A DNA stretch of 64,000 nt, from assembly GCA_010093745.1 (NCBI GenBank), contig MU006017.1, positions 1 through 64,000 on the forward strand, read 5' to 3'. The stretch's first letter is position 1. Every line of letters begins with the position of its first letter. Source of the stretch: Piedraia hortae CBS 480.64 (taxonomy: Eukaryota). The notes beneath the pieces are model-generated. The model saw only the letters and a list, made by a program, of their open reading frames with translations, ran no database searches and had not been told where the DNA came from. Position numbers and translations under genes: made by a program. Below are positions 60,072 to 64,000 of this stretch, in pieces.

Positions 60072-60551
60072 TGCAACGGCCCTGTAGATCTTGGCAATTG
60101 AGTTCAGTGAACTTTCCTTTTCCGCACCTTCCAGGAGCTCAACTGAAGGAGCGAGAAACAGTGATCATCTACCTGACTGTACTAAACCCTTGCGTAGAAT
60201 TTGCAAAAGGTAAAAGTTGAGGTGTGTTGGGGTGAAGTCTAACCGAAAGTGGAGAAGCCTAGCGTCTTCCAAATACGGCAAGAGCGTTCAACTCCCCACG
60301 TTTACTTTCCCTTAAAGCAGTCTCAAGAGATTAATCCCAGAGCGAGAAGAAGATACGGTCCATTGATTATGAGGCGATCAATCTTGTAGGATTTTCTAAC
60401 AGGCTTGGGGTGCGTTCTCGCATTCCAGTTGTCAATGATTGTCCAGCTCATACGGTGATCACGTTGAGAATCGGATATCACTGGTAACATACTTAAAAGA
60501 ACGAGTGACCGTACATTAGACCATCATGATCTTAGCGTGAGCTGTTCTAAT

Positions 60552-61689
60552 CTACGCACGCTTTCCAAATTCCTTGTCAAAGTCAGTCAAGACAAAACGG
60601 TAGCGAACGTCATTGTTGTGCAGTCTCTTGACGGCGTCGGAGCAGCCTTTTGCGCTGATGGGAATTTTCTCCACCCAGCTGTGGATGTTCTGTCGACTTG
60701 CCAAATCCAGCATGGCCAACATCTCAGGTCGATTGCCGATATGTGAGGCACCAATGGAGCACATGTTGGACGCAAGACTCTGTGCATTGAGCGATGGCAG
60801 CGGGTTGTCAGCAAAGGCCACAGTGTGGAAGCGGCCCATGACCTTGAGAGTTCCAAAGTATTTGGTAAGATCGAACTGATCATAGGCGTTTGCCGAATTC
60901 AGGATCAAGTCAAAGGTGAAAGCATAAGGTTTTTCCCAGTCTTTTTCGGTTGTGTTGATAAAGTGTTTGGCTCCCAACTTCAAGGCATCATCTTCCTTCT
61001 TCGGGGAGTGAGAGAGCACGTAAACCTCAGCACCCAGGGCTGAAGCCCACAAGACGGCAAAGTGGCCTAGACCTCCAAGGCCCACAATGGCAACTTTCTT
61101 GCCCGGGCCAGCACCTAGACGAACAAGTGGCGAATACGTCGTCAGGCCCGCACAGAGCATGGGCGCAGCAATTTCAGTCGGGATGTTGTCTGGAATCTTG
61201 AAGGTGAAGTATTCGTGAGCACGCACGTGGGAGGAGTAGCCGCCCTGGCTGAGGGTGCCATCCTCATACTTTGCACCGTATGTGTCAATCATGTTAGGAC
61301 AATAGTTTTCCTGGTCGGCCTTGCAGTTGGTACATGTCAGGTCGGCCTTGATCTGAGCTCCTACGCCAACACGATCACCGACTTTAATGGTCTTAACGTC
61401 ATTGCCAACCTTGACGGCGCGTCCAATAATTTCATGGCCAACGCAGAGGGGCAATGGACACTCGCCCCAGCCGCCGCTGCACAAGTCAGAGAGAACATCT
61501 TAGATACGGTACACGAGGGTAAATTTACGTTATGGTGTGAAGATCGCTGGCGCAAACGCCACAGGCGTCAATGGCAATGTCAATGTCACGACTCTCGAAT
61601 GGTTTGAGTTTGAATTCTTTCTTCTCAAATTCTGACCATTTCTTCTGATCTGTGATCATGAAACCCTCGGCGGTCTCTGGGTAAGGCAT
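60552..61689 (-). CDS. ADH6: NADPH-dependent zinc alcohol dehydrogenase (Adh6/cinnamyl alcohol dehydrogenase type)
   Basis: Exons 61689-61529 and 61476-60552, with a 52-nt intron at 61528-61477. Motifs ACGVCASDLH, GHEIIG, GDRVGVGAQ, APMLCAGLTTYSPL, GLGGLGH, VRYRFVL. Confidence 0.95.
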
Positions 61690-62630
61690 TTTGATGCGAA
61701 GGAGTATTTGATTTGAAAAGAGTTGTCGATGTTCCGCGATCATGACGTCACAGACGTTCTCGATGCATCTTATGCAGTTTGATGGCCGTCGGTAGAGATC
61801 AGCCCAGGAGACAATCTCACAACAGACTATGAAGCCACTGTGGAAGATCCTACCAGAAATCTTCGTAGTTGTGATGGATACTCTGCAGCCGCAGGAACTC
61901 GACGTTGGCTACGGATAGAAGAGAAATCAAGTCTGTACGAGGCTACAAGACCACCTGGGTTTGCAGAGGCCATTCGATGGTTGATTATTTGGACATCGAC
62001 GACCTGGCATCTGATAAAGAGCAGCGTTGTCCGCCCGCAAATACTTTTTTCTTGGATTGAAGTCGGTTTCGGACCCCACGACGTGACGCAAGTCATCTGA
62101 TCGACCATGGGAGTTGGGAAGTGGCAGTGCGCGATTTACAGCAAATCATTGGTTGAGCGACAGCTGTCACGGCAAACGGCAACGGTGTTCCGAACACAAG
62201 TCATTTCACGTGGGGGTGGTTTGTAGCTCTCGCAGATCATTGGGACGATTTACATAGAAGACCGAGACTTGGGGACCACAGAACCTGTCGGAGTCGAAGT
62301 GGTGTTATGGTCGCATTGCGAGCAGAGCGCCGCGGCCTGAACAGCATGACTTAACAGCAGCATAGTGACGCTGGTGTGTCTAGACGCAGCTCGACTTCGC
62401 CACCCGCCCAGCAGAGTTTGATGAGGAACAAGCGGACCAGGGGTGTGTTTTGATTGGAATTTGATTGACGCGTCATTGGCCCGCATGGCCATTCCGGGGG
62501 CGTCGCGCGGGGTGATGTCACCGCATACGCCCCTTGCACGTTTCATAAGAACCGGTTTCGCTCACGTTCCTTTTTTTCCCTTCTCCTCCCACCTTACTCG
62601 CTCGTTGCAACTGCAAACAAACACTGCACA

Positions 62631-63690
62631 ATGGGTCTGTTCAAGGGCGGCTTCCTGCGCATCCTCGAGACGCTTCTCTACACGCTCGCGTTCTGCTGCT
62701 CCGCCATCATCTTAGGCATCTACTCGTACTTCCTCTCCGTGTTGGCTGATCGCAAAGGAAAGGTATGTGTGCTTGCTTGGTTTGCGCGACGACGGCTAAC
62801 AGGAGCAGATACAAACATGGAAGAAGGTTGTTGAAGGTCTTTCTGGCGCCGCAACGCTATACCTGCTCTTTGCCGTGGTATTGACGTGCGCTCTTGGTGG
62901 CATGCCCTTTTTCGCCTTTATCGCCATCATCCTCGATATCTTGTTCTTCATCGCAATGATTGTTATGGCTGTCCTCCTTAGGCATGGTGCCGGCTCCTGC
63001 AAGGGTCAAGTTAACACGCCCCTCGGTAATGGCCAGGCCAACTCCAATACGGGTGGCTGGGGCGGTCGCGACGGCAAGGGCGGCTTCGGCACTGGTGGCA
63101 ACAACAATCTGACGTATTCGGTGAAGCTGGGCACCGCCTGCAGGCTGAACAAGGCTGCCTTTGCCGTGTCGCTCATCGGTGCCCTTCTCTTCTTTTTGGC
63201 CGCGGTCCTCCAGATCGCTCTCGTGCGCCAACACAAGAAACACAAGCGCTACGGCCCCAGCCCCGCCAACAATTACACTTCGGGCCCTGGCAAGCGTCAC
63301 GGCCTCTTTGGCAAGAAGAAAAAGGCTACACATGACGCCGAACTTGGCACTGCTGGCACTGCAGGTGCTGTTGGCGCTGGAACTGGCGCTGGTCTCGCTG
63401 CTCCCGCTCACGAAATGCGTCCGAGCGCCGACACGGCTTACACGGGCACCACGATGGCCCCCAACAACGGCGCAACGTACGATAAGCCTGCCGGACACGG
63501 ACTGTTCCATCATGGTGCCGAGCAGCAGGCCCCCGTCAACAACTCGGTGGCGGAGCCAGCTATGGGCACGCATGGCGGCTACTACACCCAACCACAAGGC
63601 ACAGGTGTCAACCCGTACGGTTACGAGGCTGCTCAGCCGGCCACGCATACCGGCAACCCCATCACCAATGCAATCCACCGCGTTGTATAG
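62631..63690 (+). CDS. MARVEL-like four-TM membrane protein with a Gly/Ala/Thr-rich cytoplasmic tail
   Basis: Exons 62631-62762 and 62809-63690, with a 46-nt intron (GTATGT...GCTAAC...CAG). Motifs AIILGIYSYFL, VEGLSGAATLY, ILDILF, ACRLNKAAFAV, RYGPSPANNYTSG. Confidence 0.88.
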
Positions 63691-64000
63691 ACGTGTACTG
63701 TACGGTAGTTGTTTGAGCGAGGAGTTGGGAAGTACGTAATGTCTACAATCAATGCTGCGCCCAGCGTGTTGTATATGAGTTTCGAAGATGGCTCTCAGTG
63801 TAATAGCTGTCTGGTGTTTCTCACATCACATTAACCTAAAACAACCTAGTACGCCATTACTTTTGCTTTGAGTAACACAGTCCTCGCCTCATCCAGCTTA
63901 ATAACAGCCGGAAATGTGGCGCATTTGACAGCTGCTCCTTCGTCGTCTGATTCCATTATGTTAGGATCAAACGTCTGACCAACAGACGGCATGATAAACT

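Noticed and set aside
62857..63678. 273-aa minus-strand ORF, and similar long overlapping ORFs within STE11, VMA2, the Bys1-like gene and DOCK
   Set aside because: Antisense or alternate-frame products of GC-rich coding sequence.
1..64000. CRISPR array, rRNA, LTR retrotransposon or telomeric repeat
   Set aside because: No repeat-spacer array, rRNA-like sequence, RT/integrase motif or TTAGGG tract was seen.

Overview
Eukaryotic DNA from a filamentous ascomycete with short GT-AG introns and CTRAC/CTAAC branch sites. Dothideomycetes is a tentative guess only. Most conserved genes are intron-poor: a peroxisomal acyl-CoA dehydrogenase, Ste11 MAPKKK, a conserved fungal hypothetical, V-ATPase subunit B, an MFS transporter, a Bys1-like secreted protein, a GH43, the UV-damage endonuclease Uve1, a DOCK GEF, a Mug190-like SMP/C2 protein, a cytochrome b561, an Adh6-type dehydrogenase and a MARVEL-like membrane protein. 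Two accessory stretches interrupt them. The first (about 21.6-42.2 kb) holds a 7-exon, 1959-aa ZNFX1-like gene (CCCH finger, Upf1-like helicase, NF-X1 fingers, RING-like module, RZ finger) beside decayed hAT, Tc1 (DD34E) and CACTA/Plavaka-like transposases. The second (about 54.4-60.1 kb) holds orphan ORFs, including two convergent genes whose stop codons abut. A small disordered ORF at 16.2 kb carries ABBA, D-box and KEN motifs together and looks like an APC/C pseudosubstrate inhibitor. No rRNA, tRNA or CRISPR array was found. All family calls come from motif recognition by eye; no database search was run.
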